A DNA stretch of 64,000 nt from contig JBDTRR010000001.1 of the NCBI GenBank assembly GCA_039931615.1, positions 214,210 to 278,209 on the forward strand, read 5' to 3'. Of this stretch, positions 48,834 to 59,127 are shown in pieces (the stretch's first letter is position 1; every line of letters begins with the position of its first letter). Source of the stretch: Acidobacteriota bacterium (GTDB taxonomy: Bacteria > Acidobacteriota > Vicinamibacteria > Vicinamibacterales > CAVVIG01). The notes beneath the pieces are model-generated. The model was not told the origin of the DNA. It was given only the letters and a program-made list of their open reading frames with translations, and searched no databases. The translations under genes were made by a program, and so were the position numbers.

Positions 48834-50969
48834 GTGGGTGTGTTTCTGCTGGCAGTGCTGTTGTCGTCGTCTCTCCAAGCCGGTCAATCCGTCATCATTT
48901 GCTCGGTCACGGCTGATGGCGCGCCCGTCGCGGGTGCGGAGATTGTCGTCGCCGGGATGACCTACGCGACCGACGCCGGCGGTGCGGTTCAGATCGTCGT
49001 CAGTCCCGGGCCGGTGCAAATCACGGTGGCCAAACCGGGGTTTGCGCCGGTGACGACGACGGTTACCGTCGCCACTGGTCAACGGCAAGCGGTGTCGATC
49101 GAGCTGGAACAGCCGCCGAGAATCGAAGAGACCGTCACCGTTTCCGCGACGCGATCGACGACCCGGCTTCAGGATCAGCCGCTGCGCGTCGAGGTCGTCG
49201 ACCAGGAAGAAATCGACGAGAAGGCGATGATGACGCCGGGCAGCGTGGCGATGCTGCTCAACGAGACGACCGGTCTGCGCGTGCAGACGACGGCGCCATC
49301 GCTCGGCGCCGCGAACGTGCGAATCCAGGGACTACGGGGACACTACTCACAGCTGCTGGCGGACGGCTTGCCGCTGTACGGCGCACAGGGCGATTCGCTC
49401 AGTCTCCTGCAGGTGCCGCCGCTGGATCTGGGCCAGGTGGAAATCATCAAGGGCGTGGCGTCGGCGCTCTACGGCGCCGCCGCGCTTGGTGGCGTCGTGA
49501 ACCTGGTGTCGCGCCGGCCGCGCGAGACCGAATCGCGGCTCCTGGCCAACGCCACGTCACAGAGCGGCCGCGATGTGGCGGCCTACCACGCGCAGGCGCC
49601 TGCCGGCGCGTGGGCGTGGACGCTGCTCGGCAGCTACAACGGTCAAACCGGACGCGATCTCGATGGCGACGGGTGGTCTGATCTGCCAACCTTCAATCGC
49701 GGTGTGATCCGGCCGCGTGTGTTCTTCGACAACCGGCAAGGCGATACCGTGTTGGCGACGCTCGGCGTCATCACGGAAAATCGCGAAGGTGGAACGCTTC
49801 CGCTGCGCACCGCGCCGGACGGCCGGCCGTTCCGAGAGGCGCTGGACACGCGCCACGTCGACGGCGGATTCGTCGGCCGTTGGGTCATCGCCGGCAGCCG
49901 CGTGCTGTCCGTGCGCGCGTCGGCGCTCCGCCAGGCGCAACAGCGGCAGATGGGAGAGGTGAGCGAGCGCGGCACGAGGGCGGTGCGGTTCGCGGAAGGG
50001 TCCCTGCAAGGAATTGCCGGCCGCCAGACATGGGTGATTGGCACCGCGTTCCAACAGGATCGATTCACGCTCGATCAACTGCCGCAGTTCGACTACCGGT
50101 TTTCGGCGCCGGCCGTGTTTGCGCAGAACGAAGCGTCGTTCGGCCCGAAATTCACACTCGGTGTGAGCGCGCGGGCCGACCTGCACTCGGAGTACGGCAC
50201 GCTGCTCTCGCCCAGGCTGTCCGTGCTCGTCAGGCCGTGGTCCGGTTGGACCGTTCGGGTCGCCGCGGGAACTGGCGCGTTCGCGCCGACGCCCTTCCTC
50301 GAGGAAACCGAGGAAGCCGGCCTGTCGCGTCTGCTCCCGCTGCGCGGACTACGGGCCGAGCGGGCGCGCGGAACGTCGGTGGACGTGACCCGCGTGCTGG
50401 GCCCGCTCGAGGTCACCGGCACGGTGTTCGGGTCGCTCGTCAACGATCCGGTGCAGCAGCAGGTCGCCGACGCCGCCCACGTCAGGCTGATCAACGCCGA
50501 CGGTCCGACGCGGACGACGGGGACCGAGCTGTTGCTGCGTTACCGGGCGGGAGAATTCAGCGCCTGGGTCACGCATGGCTGGACGCGCTCGACGGAGATC
50601 GACCCGGACCGGGGCGGTCGCCGTGAGGTCCCGCTGACCCCGGGACAAACGGCATCGTTCACGGTGATGTGGGAACTCGAAAGCCGGGGCCGGCTGGGTA
50701 TCGAAGGGTACTACACGGGTCGCCAGACGCTGGACGAGAACCCGTACCGGTCCGCGGGGCATCCCTATGTGCTGCTCGGCGCGCTTGCGGAGCGCACGTT
50801 CAGAGGCATCGGTCTCTTTCTCAACAGCGAAAACCTGCTCGACGTCCGACAGACCCGGGACGATCCAGCGGTGCTGCCGTCGCGGCGCGCCGACGGTCGA
50901 TGGACGGTCGATGCGTGGGCGCCGCTCGATGGACGGGTCATCAACGGCGGCATCCGGGTGACCTTCTAG
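48834..50969 (+). CDS. TonB-dependent receptor with N-terminal carboxypeptidase-regulatory-like domain
   Basis: Signal peptide. CarbopepD_reg-like (SVIICSVTADGAPVAGAEIVVAG). Plug (TVTVSATRSTTRLQDQPLRVEVV...NVRIQGLRG...LADGLPL). Barrel with terminal ...GIRVTF. Confidence 0.85.
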   Translation: MGVFLLAVLLSSSLQAGQSVIICSVTADGAPVAGAEIVVAGMTYATDAGGAVQIVVSPGPVQITVAKPGFAPVTTTVTVATGQRQAVSIELEQPPRIEETVTVSATRSTTRLQDQPLRVEVVDQEEIDEKAMMTPGSVAMLLNETTGLRVQTTAPSLGAANVRIQGLRGHYSQLLADGLPLYGAQGDSLSLLQVPPLDLGQVEIIKGVASALYGAAALGGVVNLVSRRPRETESRLLANATSQSGRDVAAYHAQAPAGAWAWTLLGSYNGQTGRDLDGDGWSDLPTFNRGVIRPRVFFDNRQGDTVLATLGVITENREGGTLPLRTAPDGRPFREALDTRHVDGGFVGRWVIAGSRVLSVRASALRQAQQRQMGEVSERGTRAVRFAEGSLQGIAGRQTWVIGTAFQQDRFTLDQLPQFDYRFSAPAVFAQNEASFGPKFTLGVSARADLHSEYGTLLSPRLSVLVRPWSGWTVRVAAGTGAFAPTPFLEETEEAGLSRLLPLRGLRAERARGTSVDVTRVLGPLEVTGTVFGSLVNDPVQQQVADAAHVRLINADGPTRTTGTELLLRYRAGEFSAWVTHGWTRSTEIDPDRGGRREVPLTPGQTASFTVMWELESRGRLGIEGYYTGRQTLDENPYRSAGHPYVLLGALAERTFRGIGLFLNSENLLDVRQTRDDPAVLPSRRADGRWTVDAWAPLDGRVINGGIRVTF

Positions 50970-52807
50970 CCGGTGATCGTCCGGATCTGTTCCGCGACGT
51001 TCCCGGCCAGCACATCGAGCGGCACGTTCCCGCCGAGGACGACGGTATCGTTGAACGCCTTGAGGTCGAACCTCGCGCCGAGCGTGGTCTTCGCCTTCTC
51101 GCGCTGCCGGATGATCTCGCTGTGTCCCACTTTGTAGCCGCACGCCTGCCCCGGCCATGAGCAATAGCGGTCGACCTCGCTCTCGACTTCTTCAGGATTC
51201 GATCCGTTGACGTCGACGAAATACTGTACGCCCTGTTCGCGCGTCCAGCGCTTGGCGTGGATGCCGGTGTCGACCACCAGGCGGCACGCCCGAAACGCCA
51301 GCGACTGCAGATAGCCAAGCCGGCCAACGGGGTCGGTGGCGTAGGCGCCCAGTTCGTCGGCGAGCTGCTCGGCGTAGAGTCCCCAGCCTTCCGAGTAGGC
51401 GTTGAAGGCGAGCAGCTGCCGGACCAGCGGCATGTTGTGCGTGTACTCGCCCTGCCAGATGTGGCCGGGAATGGCTTCATGGAACGCCAGGTCGGCCAGG
51501 CTGTACTTGCTGTGGAGGCCGGTGGTCCTGAGGTTGATCCAGAACCTGCCAGGGATCGTGCCGTCGATCGAACCGGCGCCGCCGTATGCGCCTGGGGCCC
51601 CGGGCTCTTCTTCGGGCGGCAGCCGTTTGACCTCCAGGTTCGGGTTGACGACGCGGTTGAACGCGCGCGGCATCTGCGCCCGGATCCAATCGAGCCGGTT
51701 CTGGATGAACGCCATGATCTCGGCGCGGCCGGCGTCCCCGTCTGGAAATGCATATTTGGGATCCTGCGCCAGCGCCTTCATCCGCTCGCCCACGGTACCC
51801 TGCGAATATCCGGCCCCTTGCAGAATCGGGTCCATCTGCCCATGCAGACGCTCCAGCTCGCTCCGGCCCATCTCGTGAACCTGGTCGGGCGTCATGGCGG
51901 TGGTCGTCGACGCCTTGAGCGCCCAGCGGTAATATTCCTCACCGTGCGGCCGTGACCAGATGCCGGCGTCGTTGGTGGCCTCGGGGCGACGTGCCTGCAG
52001 CTCGCGCAGCTGGCGGTCGAGCGCCGGCGCGATTTCCTGCGCCGCGATCGCCCGGGCGCGCCCGGCCCAATTCCCGGCGATGCCTTTCGTGCGCCGCGCG
52101 ATCGACTCGACGAGCGTCCCACCTTCGCGCGCGCCCTTGATCGAGAGACGCATCTGCTGCAGCGCCTTGTCGATCAGGAAGGCCGGCGGGACGAGCCCGG
52201 CCGCACCGGCCGCCTGCATGCGGCCAAGCTCTCCATCGAGCTGCTTCGCATATGACTGCAGTCGAGCCAGATAGGCATCGGCGTCAGCGGCGTTCTCGAT
52301 GCGATGGTCGCTGTCGAGGAAGCGAGGGATATCGAGATAGGCGCCGACGTTCTGAATCACGACATACGGGGTGTTGCGCCAGCCGCCCACCGGAACGTCG
52401 CCGTACGGCAGCGCGAAACCCTCCAGCGCCGTCGCATACGCGCTTCGCACCACCTCGAAACTGGTGCGGGTGGCATGGGCAAGCCCGGACGCGTTGAAGG
52501 CGCTCGCCCGTGCCAAGCCGGCGCGAAGCTGCTGCGCGATCCGCTGCTGCCCTTCGGTCGAGCGGTCGGCGAGCTGTGATCGAAGCGGTGATCTCGCGCC
52601 GGTATCGATGCCTAACGAGGTCGCACTCTCCGGAGAAAGACGGAGAAGACCCTCAGCCAGGTCGTCGAGCAGCGCCAGCGCCTCCGCCTCGGTCGTTGTG
52701 GAGGGGGTGGGAGTGTCCTCGCGCGAGCACCCGGCCACCAGCGGCAGGGCGGCGGCCGAGGCGAGAGAAGTGATGGCGTCGCGGCGACTGAACAATGGTT
52801 TGGACAA
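50966..52807 (-). CDS. DUF885-family exported protein (Tat signal)
   Basis: Tat motif SRRDAITSLASAAALPLVAGCS. Family-typical HEAIPGHIWQGEY. Confidence 0.75.
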   Translation of the reverse strand: MSKPLFSRRDAITSLASAAALPLVAGCSREDTPTPSTTTEAEALALLDDLAEGLLRLSPESATSLGIDTGARSPLRSQLADRSTEGQQRIAQQLRAGLARASAFNASGLAHATRTSFEVVRSAYATALEGFALPYGDVPVGGWRNTPYVVIQNVGAYLDIPRFLDSDHRIENAADADAYLARLQSYAKQLDGELGRMQAAGAAGLVPPAFLIDKALQQMRLSIKGAREGGTLVESIARRTKGIAGNWAGRARAIAAQEIAPALDRQLRELQARRPEATNDAGIWSRPHGEEYYRWALKASTTTAMTPDQVHEMGRSELERLHGQMDPILQGAGYSQGTVGERMKALAQDPKYAFPDGDAGRAEIMAFIQNRLDWIRAQMPRAFNRVVNPNLEVKRLPPEEEPGAPGAYGGAGSIDGTIPGRFWINLRTTGLHSKYSLADLAFHEAIPGHIWQGEYTHNMPLVRQLLAFNAYSEGWGLYAEQLADELGAYATDPVGRLGYLQSLAFRACRLVVDTGIHAKRWTREQGVQYFVDVNGSNPEEVESEVDRYCSWPGQACGYKVGHSEIIRQREKAKTTLGARFDLKAFNDTVVLGGNVPLDVLAGNVAEQIRTITG

Positions 52808-53110
52808 CGGCGTGACTCTCCGTCCGCCGCGACGCGAACGATGACCAGGCAGCAGCCGCGCGATCCCGCTCCGACGCTGCCCGGCCGACGCGCCTGTCCG
52901 CCCGCGGCCGCCCTATTGTACTAGCGAGGCTCCGCCTCAGACCGCCGAGCACCGCCAGGCGGGTGTTGGCTCCGCCTCGCTAGAGCAGTGTTGTTTGCCC
53001 CGCCCCCGGCGGGGCGAGACGTCTCGAAGGCCGGTTGATAAAACTTGACTCGTTCGCACGGATTTCCGGCCTTCAAGCCGTCTAGTCCTGAGAGTCGACT
53101 ACCATGGGGC

Positions 53111-54370
53111 ATGAACGGTTCGGCTCCCAGGCGGCTGCCCCTGTTCGATCCCGACCCGCCACGCCTGGCATCAACAGACTCCGGCGCGGTACGGCCATTC
53201 GTCGATCTGGTCAGGGACTTCAGCGAATTCGGACAGCCGTCGACCGCGGTGCGCGAAGGCCAGATCCTCTACTTGATCAATGAATTCTGGACCGCTGGCC
53301 AGCGTCAGGCGCACTCGATCCATGAGGTGAGCTACCGGGCGTGCTTCAAGCCGCAGCTCCCGGAGTTCTTCATCAGTCGTCTCACCCAGCCCGGCGACGC
53401 CGTCTACGATCCGTTCATGGGGCGCGGAACGACTCCCGTTCAAGCCGCTCTGCTGGGGCGCCGCCCGATCGGCAACGACGTCAATCCGTTGAGTGTCCTG
53501 TTCACCCGGCCCCGGCTGGCGCCGCCACCTCTCAGCGCGGTGGCGAGCCGCCTCGACGACATCAAGTGGGACGAGGGCGAGATCGTGGAGCCGGATCTCC
53601 TGGCCTTCTACAGCCCGCGAACCCTTCGTCACGTCTGCGCGCTTCGCAGCTGGCTGATTGAACGCACGCCATCGGACCATGCCCCTGACCCGGTTGACGA
53701 CTGGATTCGGATGGTCGCCATCAACCGTCTCTCCGGCCACTCCCCGGGCTTCTTCTCGGTCTATACCCTGCCGCCGAATCAGGCGGTCTCGGCGGCCTCC
53801 CAGCGGATCATCAACGAACGACGAGGACAGACACCTCCCGACCGCGACGTGAAGAAGCTGATTCTGAAGAAGACGGCCGCACTGCTTCGCGACGGCACGA
53901 TGCCGTCTCACCCACCATCGTTGCTGACCACTGGCGCCGCCCAGTCGACGCCGGCGATCGCTGACGGTGCCGTTCAGTTGGTGGTGACCTCACCACCGTT
54001 CCTGAACATCGTGCAGTACGCCGCGGACAACTGGCTCAGAAGCTGGTTCGCGGGGATCGACGTCGCCAGCGTGGCGATCGCGCAGCACCGCACCGAAGCC
54101 GGATGGCAGACCATGGTTCATGACACGCTGATCGAGCTGGCGCGGGTGGTCCATCCAGGCGGCCACGTGGCGTTCGAGGTCGGCGAAGTTCGCCAGGGCA
54201 AGGTCCTGCTCGAACGTCTCGTCTGGGAAGCGGCGGACGGTCTGCCGTTCGACCGGCTGTTCGTGATGGTCAACCAGCAGGAATTCACCAAGACCGCGAA
54301 CTGCTGGGGAGTCAAGAACAACACCAGCGGCACGAATACCAACCGGATCGTCGTTCTGCAGAGACACTAG
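53111..54370 (+). CDS. N6-adenine/N4-cytosine DNA methyltransferase (orphan)
   Basis: Motif I VYDPFMGRGTT (FxGxG) followed ~200 aa later by motif IV VVTSPPF (D/S-PPF/Y). No adjacent restriction endonuclease. Confidence 0.8.
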   Translation: MNGSAPRRLPLFDPDPPRLASTDSGAVRPFVDLVRDFSEFGQPSTAVREGQILYLINEFWTAGQRQAHSIHEVSYRACFKPQLPEFFISRLTQPGDAVYDPFMGRGTTPVQAALLGRRPIGNDVNPLSVLFTRPRLAPPPLSAVASRLDDIKWDEGEIVEPDLLAFYSPRTLRHVCALRSWLIERTPSDHAPDPVDDWIRMVAINRLSGHSPGFFSVYTLPPNQAVSAASQRIINERRGQTPPDRDVKKLILKKTAALLRDGTMPSHPPSLLTTGAAQSTPAIADGAVQLVVTSPPFLNIVQYAADNWLRSWFAGIDVASVAIAQHRTEAGWQTMVHDTLIELARVVHPGGHVAFEVGEVRQGKVLLERLVWEAADGLPFDRLFVMVNQQEFTKTANCWGVKNNTSGTNTNRIVVLQRH

Positions 54371-54591
54371 CGGGATGCAGAACGAACAGATGATTTCCGG
54401 GACCTTGCCGCCCGTCGGGCGCGCTGGCCGGCGGTCATCGTGTTGCGGTCGTCGCGTTCGCCTGCCGGCGAGCGGGATCGACCAGAACATACCACGACCT
54501 TCCAACCCACCTGTGACAGCACGACGAGCGGGGCCCCGGTCTACAATGAGGGCGTCGTCAGCGTGTCCTCGCGAGACGGCGTGGAGTTGCG

Positions 54592-55779
54592 ATGTCGGAA
54601 CTAGGTGACGCGGGACGCATGCTCGAACTGGCGGAGCAGGCCGCCCTCAAGAACGATCTGGCGTTTGCCGATGAACTGCTGAGGGGAGCGGCGCGAATCC
54701 AGGAGATCGAGCTGGGTCCGCTGCATCCGGATCTGGCCAACACGGTCAACAACCTCGCCGTCGTCGCGGAAAAGACCGGCCGGTTGGACGATGCGGAGAA
54801 GTTGTACCGACGCGCCGTCGCGATTGCGTCCGCATCGCTGCCGATGGACGATCCGATGATCGCCGCCAGCCGGCAGAATCTGGAAGACTTCTGCCGCGCT
54901 CATGGGTTTCCACGCGAGACCCGTCCGATGATTGCACCGTTGGTCTCGGACGGGGCCGCGGGGCTGGACGCGTTCCATCGCGAGCCTGCGACACTTCCGG
55001 CTGAGACACCGGCGTTCGTCGCCGCGGCGGCCGACGCCAGTTTTCCGCTGGAGGCGGCGCTGCCGCCGTCCGGCTCGCCGGTGTCGCGCCCCCGACCGCC
55101 GCTGGCGTCCGTGCCGCTGCCGCCCGCGCCGCGCCCGGCATCGCGCCCGCTCGCGTGGACGGCCGCCGGTGCGGTCATCGTGGTCCTGCTGATTGCCGCG
55201 TTCCTCATGAGGCGACCGTCGACGCCGGAACCATCGACCGCTGAACCGACGATGGCGCCGCCGGCGGTAGCCACAACGCCGCCGCAGACCGCCGAGCCGC
55301 AGAGCGCCGTACCGCCGCCCCCCCAGGCCCGGGTGGAGCCGCCGGCCAGGCCGGCTCCGGTTGAAGCGCCGAAACCACCGGCGGTCGTACCGCAAAGTAC
55401 CAGGTCAGGCGCCGCTGCCGCCAGGCCACCCGTTTCGTCGGCGGCCGCGGGCTCTGTCTCGCTGGCTGCCGCTCAGCTCTGCCGCACCCTGTCGACCAGT
55501 GGCGCGAACTGGCGCTGCGATCCCCCGGCCGACCCGGTGCCGCGCGGCAGACTCATCCTCTATTCACGGGTCCGATCGCCCCGGAATGGGGCGGTCGTAC
55601 ATCGCTGGTTTCGCGGCGCCACGCTGCGACAGTCTGTGAAGCTGCCGATCCGGGCCAGCGCGACCGAGGGTTATCGCACCTATAGCCGCCAGACCGTCGA
55701 CGCCGGAGCGGACTGGCGCGTCGAAGTGACCAGCGCGCAAGGCGACGTGCTGTTCGAGCGGCGGTTCACCGTGCGATGA
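54592..55779 (+). CDS. TPR-like N-domain / proline-rich linker / single TM / C-terminal domain protein
   Basis: N-terminal helical repeats (ANTVNNLAVVAEKTGRLDDAEKLYRRAVAIA). PA-rich low-complexity region. TM (AAGAVIVVLLIAAFLM). C-terminal RLILYSRV...WRVEVTSAQGDVLFERRFTV. Confidence 0.6.
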   Translation: MSELGDAGRMLELAEQAALKNDLAFADELLRGAARIQEIELGPLHPDLANTVNNLAVVAEKTGRLDDAEKLYRRAVAIASASLPMDDPMIAASRQNLEDFCRAHGFPRETRPMIAPLVSDGAAGLDAFHREPATLPAETPAFVAAAADASFPLEAALPPSGSPVSRPRPPLASVPLPPAPRPASRPLAWTAAGAVIVVLLIAAFLMRRPSTPEPSTAEPTMAPPAVATTPPQTAEPQSAVPPPPQARVEPPARPAPVEAPKPPAVVPQSTRSGAAAARPPVSSAAAGSVSLAAAQLCRTLSTSGANWRCDPPADPVPRGRLILYSRVRSPRNGAVVHRWFRGATLRQSVKLPIRASATEGYRTYSRQTVDAGADWRVEVTSAQGDVLFERRFTVR

Positions 55780-55856
55780 GGGACCCGGCGCGACTGCATC
55801 GCGCGGAGCGTCGCGACGGTTGGCGACCTTGCTCGACTCCGCCTTCCTGAAGTAGG

Positions 55857-57047
55857 GTGTCACCGGAGATCACGACGATCGCACATCACCGGCGCGGCGG
55901 GGGCCGCGCCTGGCTTGGCGCCGTTCCACGGCTGTCGCAATTTGCCGTCGAGCACCTGCTCCTGCTGCCGCTTGGCGCCGTCATCGCCATGGTGTGGGTG
56001 AACGTCCAACCGGAGAGCTACTACCAGTTCACCTACGGCATCGCGTTCGCGGTGAACGACGTCGGCATGGCGCTGTTCTTCGCGTTGATGACCAAGGAGG
56101 TGGTCGAAGCCACGGTCCCTGGCGGAGTCCTCCATCCGTGGCGCCGCGCGCTGATGCCGGTGATGGCCGCGATCGGTGCCACCATCCTGCCGGCGCTGAT
56201 TCTGGGCCCGATCGTCGGCCTGCTCGACGAGCCCGTGCTCGTCATCGGCTGGCCGGTCGTGCTCGCGACGGATCTTGCGGTCAGCTATTTCGCGGCCCGG
56301 CTGATCTTCCGCCAGCATGCCGGCGTGCCGTTTCTGCTCCTGCTGGCGATCGCCTCCGACGGGTTCGGGTTCGTCGCGCTGGCGGTGCTGAACGCCACTC
56401 GCGACCTTCATCTCGGCCTGGGCGCCGTCATCTTGATCGCCGCCATCGGCGTCGCCGCCGGGTTGCGGCGCGCCCGCGTGACGAGCTTCTGGCCCTACCT
56501 TCTTGGTGCGGGGGGCCTTTCGTGGTACGCGCTGTTCTGGAGCGGGCTCCATCCGGCACTGGCGCTGGTGCCGGTCATGCCGTTCCTTCCGCACGCCGGG
56601 CGCGATCCGGGATTCTTCGTCGACGCACCGGCCGACGCCCGGGACACGCTCAGCCGGTTCGAGATCTGGTGGAGGTATCCCGCCCAGGTTGCCTTGTTCT
56701 TTTTCGGACTGGTCAATGCCGGAGTACCGCTCGGCGCGCTGGAACCGGGCACGCTGGGCGTGCCAATCGCGGTCATCGTCGGCAAGCCGATCGGCATCCT
56801 GATCGGCGCCGGCATCGCCGTCGGCGCCGGCCTTCACCTGCCGCAGCGTGTTGGCTGGCGGGAACTGGTCGTGATCGGTCTTCTCGCCGCGGTTGGTTTC
56901 AGCGTCGGTCTGTTTTTTTCCGCCGCGCTCCTGCCCCCGGGACAGCTGCGATCCGAAACCAGCATGGGCGTCCTGCTCACTCTCGCCGCCGCGCCACTCG
57001 CCCTCCTGCTCGCCAGACTGCTCGGCGTCGGCCGGTTCGGACGATAG
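55857..57047 (+). CDS. nhaA: Na+/H+ antiporter NhaA
   Basis: NhaA hallmarks VVLATDLAVSYF (ATDIAF-like), GILIGAGIAV and 11-12 TMS. Confidence 0.85.
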   Translation: MSPEITTIAHHRRGGGRAWLGAVPRLSQFAVEHLLLLPLGAVIAMVWVNVQPESYYQFTYGIAFAVNDVGMALFFALMTKEVVEATVPGGVLHPWRRALMPVMAAIGATILPALILGPIVGLLDEPVLVIGWPVVLATDLAVSYFAARLIFRQHAGVPFLLLLAIASDGFGFVALAVLNATRDLHLGLGAVILIAAIGVAAGLRRARVTSFWPYLLGAGGLSWYALFWSGLHPALALVPVMPFLPHAGRDPGFFVDAPADARDTLSRFEIWWRYPAQVALFFFGLVNAGVPLGALEPGTLGVPIAVIVGKPIGILIGAGIAVGAGLHLPQRVGWRELVVIGLLAAVGFSVGLFFSAALLPPGQLRSETSMGVLLTLAAAPLALLLARLLGVGRFGR

Positions 57048-57051
57048 ACGA

Positions 57052-57140
57052 GAAAAAATCGATTCTGACGTAGTGCAGACCTTCAGGTTCTGCCAGACAC
57101 AGCAGGCCTAACTAAAGGCCTGCACTACATCGATTTTTTC
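57052..57140. repeat. Large imperfect palindrome 5 nt after nhaA stop (possible terminator/REP-type element)
   Basis: Arm GAAAAAATCGATTCTGACGTAGTGCAG (57052-57078) pairs with CTGCACTACATCGATTTTTTC (57120-57140). Loop of ~40 nt. Confidence 0.5.
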
Positions 57141-57168
57141 ATCCGGCTAAAGCCGGATGCCACGTACA
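57140..57168. repeat. REP-like hairpin CATCCGGCTAAAGCCGGATGCCACGTACA (family member; see 62420-62560)
   Basis: Perfect 8-bp stem ATCCGGCT/AGCCGGAT followed by CCACGTAC. A near-identical unit is at 62455-62480. Confidence 0.5.
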
Positions 57169-57181
57169 GAATGATGCCAAC

Positions 57182-57670
57182 TCAGGGACGGAACGTGAAG
57201 CCGACGGCGAATTTGAAATTCGGGCTCTTGAGCGCGCCGATCTTCGCCTCAGCAAACAGACCCTTGGTATGGACCAGGCCGATCAACCCGTTGAATCCGC
57301 CTTCCGACCGCGTCTCGGTCGAAAATCGGTAGACGTTGAGGGCCGGTCCGCCACCCACGTAGAGGTCCCACATCGCCAGCGCACGCGGCAGGCGGGGGGC
57401 ATTGGGCGGCAAGCGATAGATGAACTCGAAGTTGACCGCGACCAGCGTCAGATCGTTGCCGACGCCAATCTCCACATTCGGCCGAAAGCGCAGTGAATCG
57501 GCCAGATCAGGGGTTTCGACATGGGCGCCGAAATAGAACTGATCCGGGTCGACGCTGGCGCCAACCCGACCTCCGACCCGTTGTGCCCGCGCCGGCGCCG
57601 CGACAGCCAACAGCACCAGTGCCGCAGCCACCGGCCAGAGACCTCTCATTCGACGACTCTCTCGCATCAA
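57182..57670 (-). CDS. Small outer-membrane beta-barrel protein
   Basis: Signal peptide MRGLWPVAAALVLLAVAAPARAQ. Beta-strand periodicity. C-terminal ...FAVGFTFRP. Confidence 0.6.
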   Translation of the reverse strand: MMRESRRMRGLWPVAAALVLLAVAAPARAQRVGGRVGASVDPDQFYFGAHVETPDLADSLRFRPNVEIGVGNDLTLVAVNFEFIYRLPPNAPRLPRALAMWDLYVGGGPALNVYRFSTETRSEGGFNGLIGLVHTKGLFAEAKIGALKSPNFKFAVGFTFRP

Positions 57671-57743
57671 TACAACAACCTCCGGATTCGATGATATGAG
57701 CGGACCGGGAAATTCGCCAGCGCTCCGAGGTCGATCCCCTCGC

Positions 57744-58997
57744 TCAGGCCAGCATCGCCTCGATCGCGTCGGCCGCGGCCTCGGCGCCGCGCTCCCGATT
57801 CACGACTGCCGCCACGTCCGCCGCACGCGTCCGGTATCCCTCGGGTTGGCGGAGCCGCTTCAATTCGCCGGCGACGCGATCCGCCGTGTATCGGCTGGGA
57901 GACAGCGTGCGTGCGACGCCGAGCCTGGTCACCCGAAACGCGTTGTCGGGCTGATCATGCCCATGTGGGACGACCAGCATCGGACGCCCGCTGCGCAGCC
58001 CCTGCGCCGTCGTGCCGATGCCGCCCTGGTGGACGACGACGCTGGCGCGCGGAAACAGCAACTGGTGCGGCGCCCGATCGATCAGGAGCACGTCCGGCGA
58101 CCGCGATCCGGTCGGCTGATTCTCGACGAATCCTCCGGTCAGCAGGACGGCCCGCACGCCGAGTCGTGACACCGCCTCCACGCTCTCCTGATAGAAGCGG
58201 CCGGCGGCGCCGACCGCCGATGTACCGAGCGTGAACACCACCGGCGGCGGGCCGGCGGCGAGGAACGACTCCAGCGCCGGGTCCAGGAGGTCCGGTCCGT
58301 TGTAGAACACGAACCCGGTCATCCGGACGTGCGGCGGCCAATCGGCCTGCGGCTCGGCCAGCACCGGCGAGAACAGCGCCAAGGTCGCCGCCGGCGAAAA
58401 CTGTCCTTCGAACAGCGGGTGTCCGCCAGGCGGCAGCCCCAACCGGGCGCGAAGCCGATCGACCGGCTCGGTCCACGCGCGGGTCGCACGGCGCGCCAGG
58501 CCGACGACAATCCGGCCGAACCACGGCCCGAGCCGCCGCAGATGGACCAGACGGGGCATCGGCGGCAGCACCGGCAGGTCGGTCACCGAGAAGAACCCCA
58601 AGGGCGCGAGTATCGTCGACACCCACGGGAGCCGCAGCGTCTCCGAAACCAGCGGCGCGGCCAGCGTCAGCGGATGGCTGACCAGTAGATCGGCGCCGGC
58701 CGCAACCTGGCGCAGCTCATCGAAGGTTCGAGGCAGGGCCGGCACCACCAGGTCGCGGACCACCGCTTCGGTTCCCTTGACCGGGTGCATCACCCGCTTC
58801 ATCACCTCGCGATCAGTCGGATCGATATCGAGGCCGACCGCGGCGAACCCGATCTGCTCCCGCTCGATGGTCCGCCGGTAGTACTCGGGCGCCGCGATCA
58901 GCGCCTGATGACCCCGCGCGTTCAGCGCCTTGGCGAGACCAACATACGGGTAGACGTCGCCGTACGATCCCCAGCAGGTGATGACGATGCGTGACAT
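57744..58997 (-). CDS. GT1-family UDP-glycosyltransferase (MGT/UGT-like)
   Basis: N-terminus MSRIVITCWGSYGDVYPYVGLAKAL. C-terminal sugar-donor region (VVHQGGIGTTAQGLRSGRPMLVVPHGHDQPDNAFRV). Confidence 0.8.
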   Translation of the reverse strand: MSRIVITCWGSYGDVYPYVGLAKALNARGHQALIAAPEYYRRTIEREQIGFAAVGLDIDPTDREVMKRVMHPVKGTEAVVRDLVVPALPRTFDELRQVAAGADLLVSHPLTLAAPLVSETLRLPWVSTILAPLGFFSVTDLPVLPPMPRLVHLRRLGPWFGRIVVGLARRATRAWTEPVDRLRARLGLPPGGHPLFEGQFSPAATLALFSPVLAEPQADWPPHVRMTGFVFYNGPDLLDPALESFLAAGPPPVVFTLGTSAVGAAGRFYQESVEAVSRLGVRAVLLTGGFVENQPTGSRSPDVLLIDRAPHQLLFPRASVVVHQGGIGTTAQGLRSGRPMLVVPHGHDQPDNAFRVTRLGVARTLSPSRYTADRVAGELKRLRQPEGYRTRAADVAAVVNRERGAEAAADAIEAMLA

Positions 58998-59127
58998 GGT
59001 TCGTGAAGGCGCGGTTCGCTGCGCTCGGCAAACTAGCACAAATATCGGGCCGGTGATGGCCACCGCGGCGGCCGCTCCCGATGACGTCAGACCGTTCCCT
59101 CACGGGATCCGATATATTGAGTCTCGA

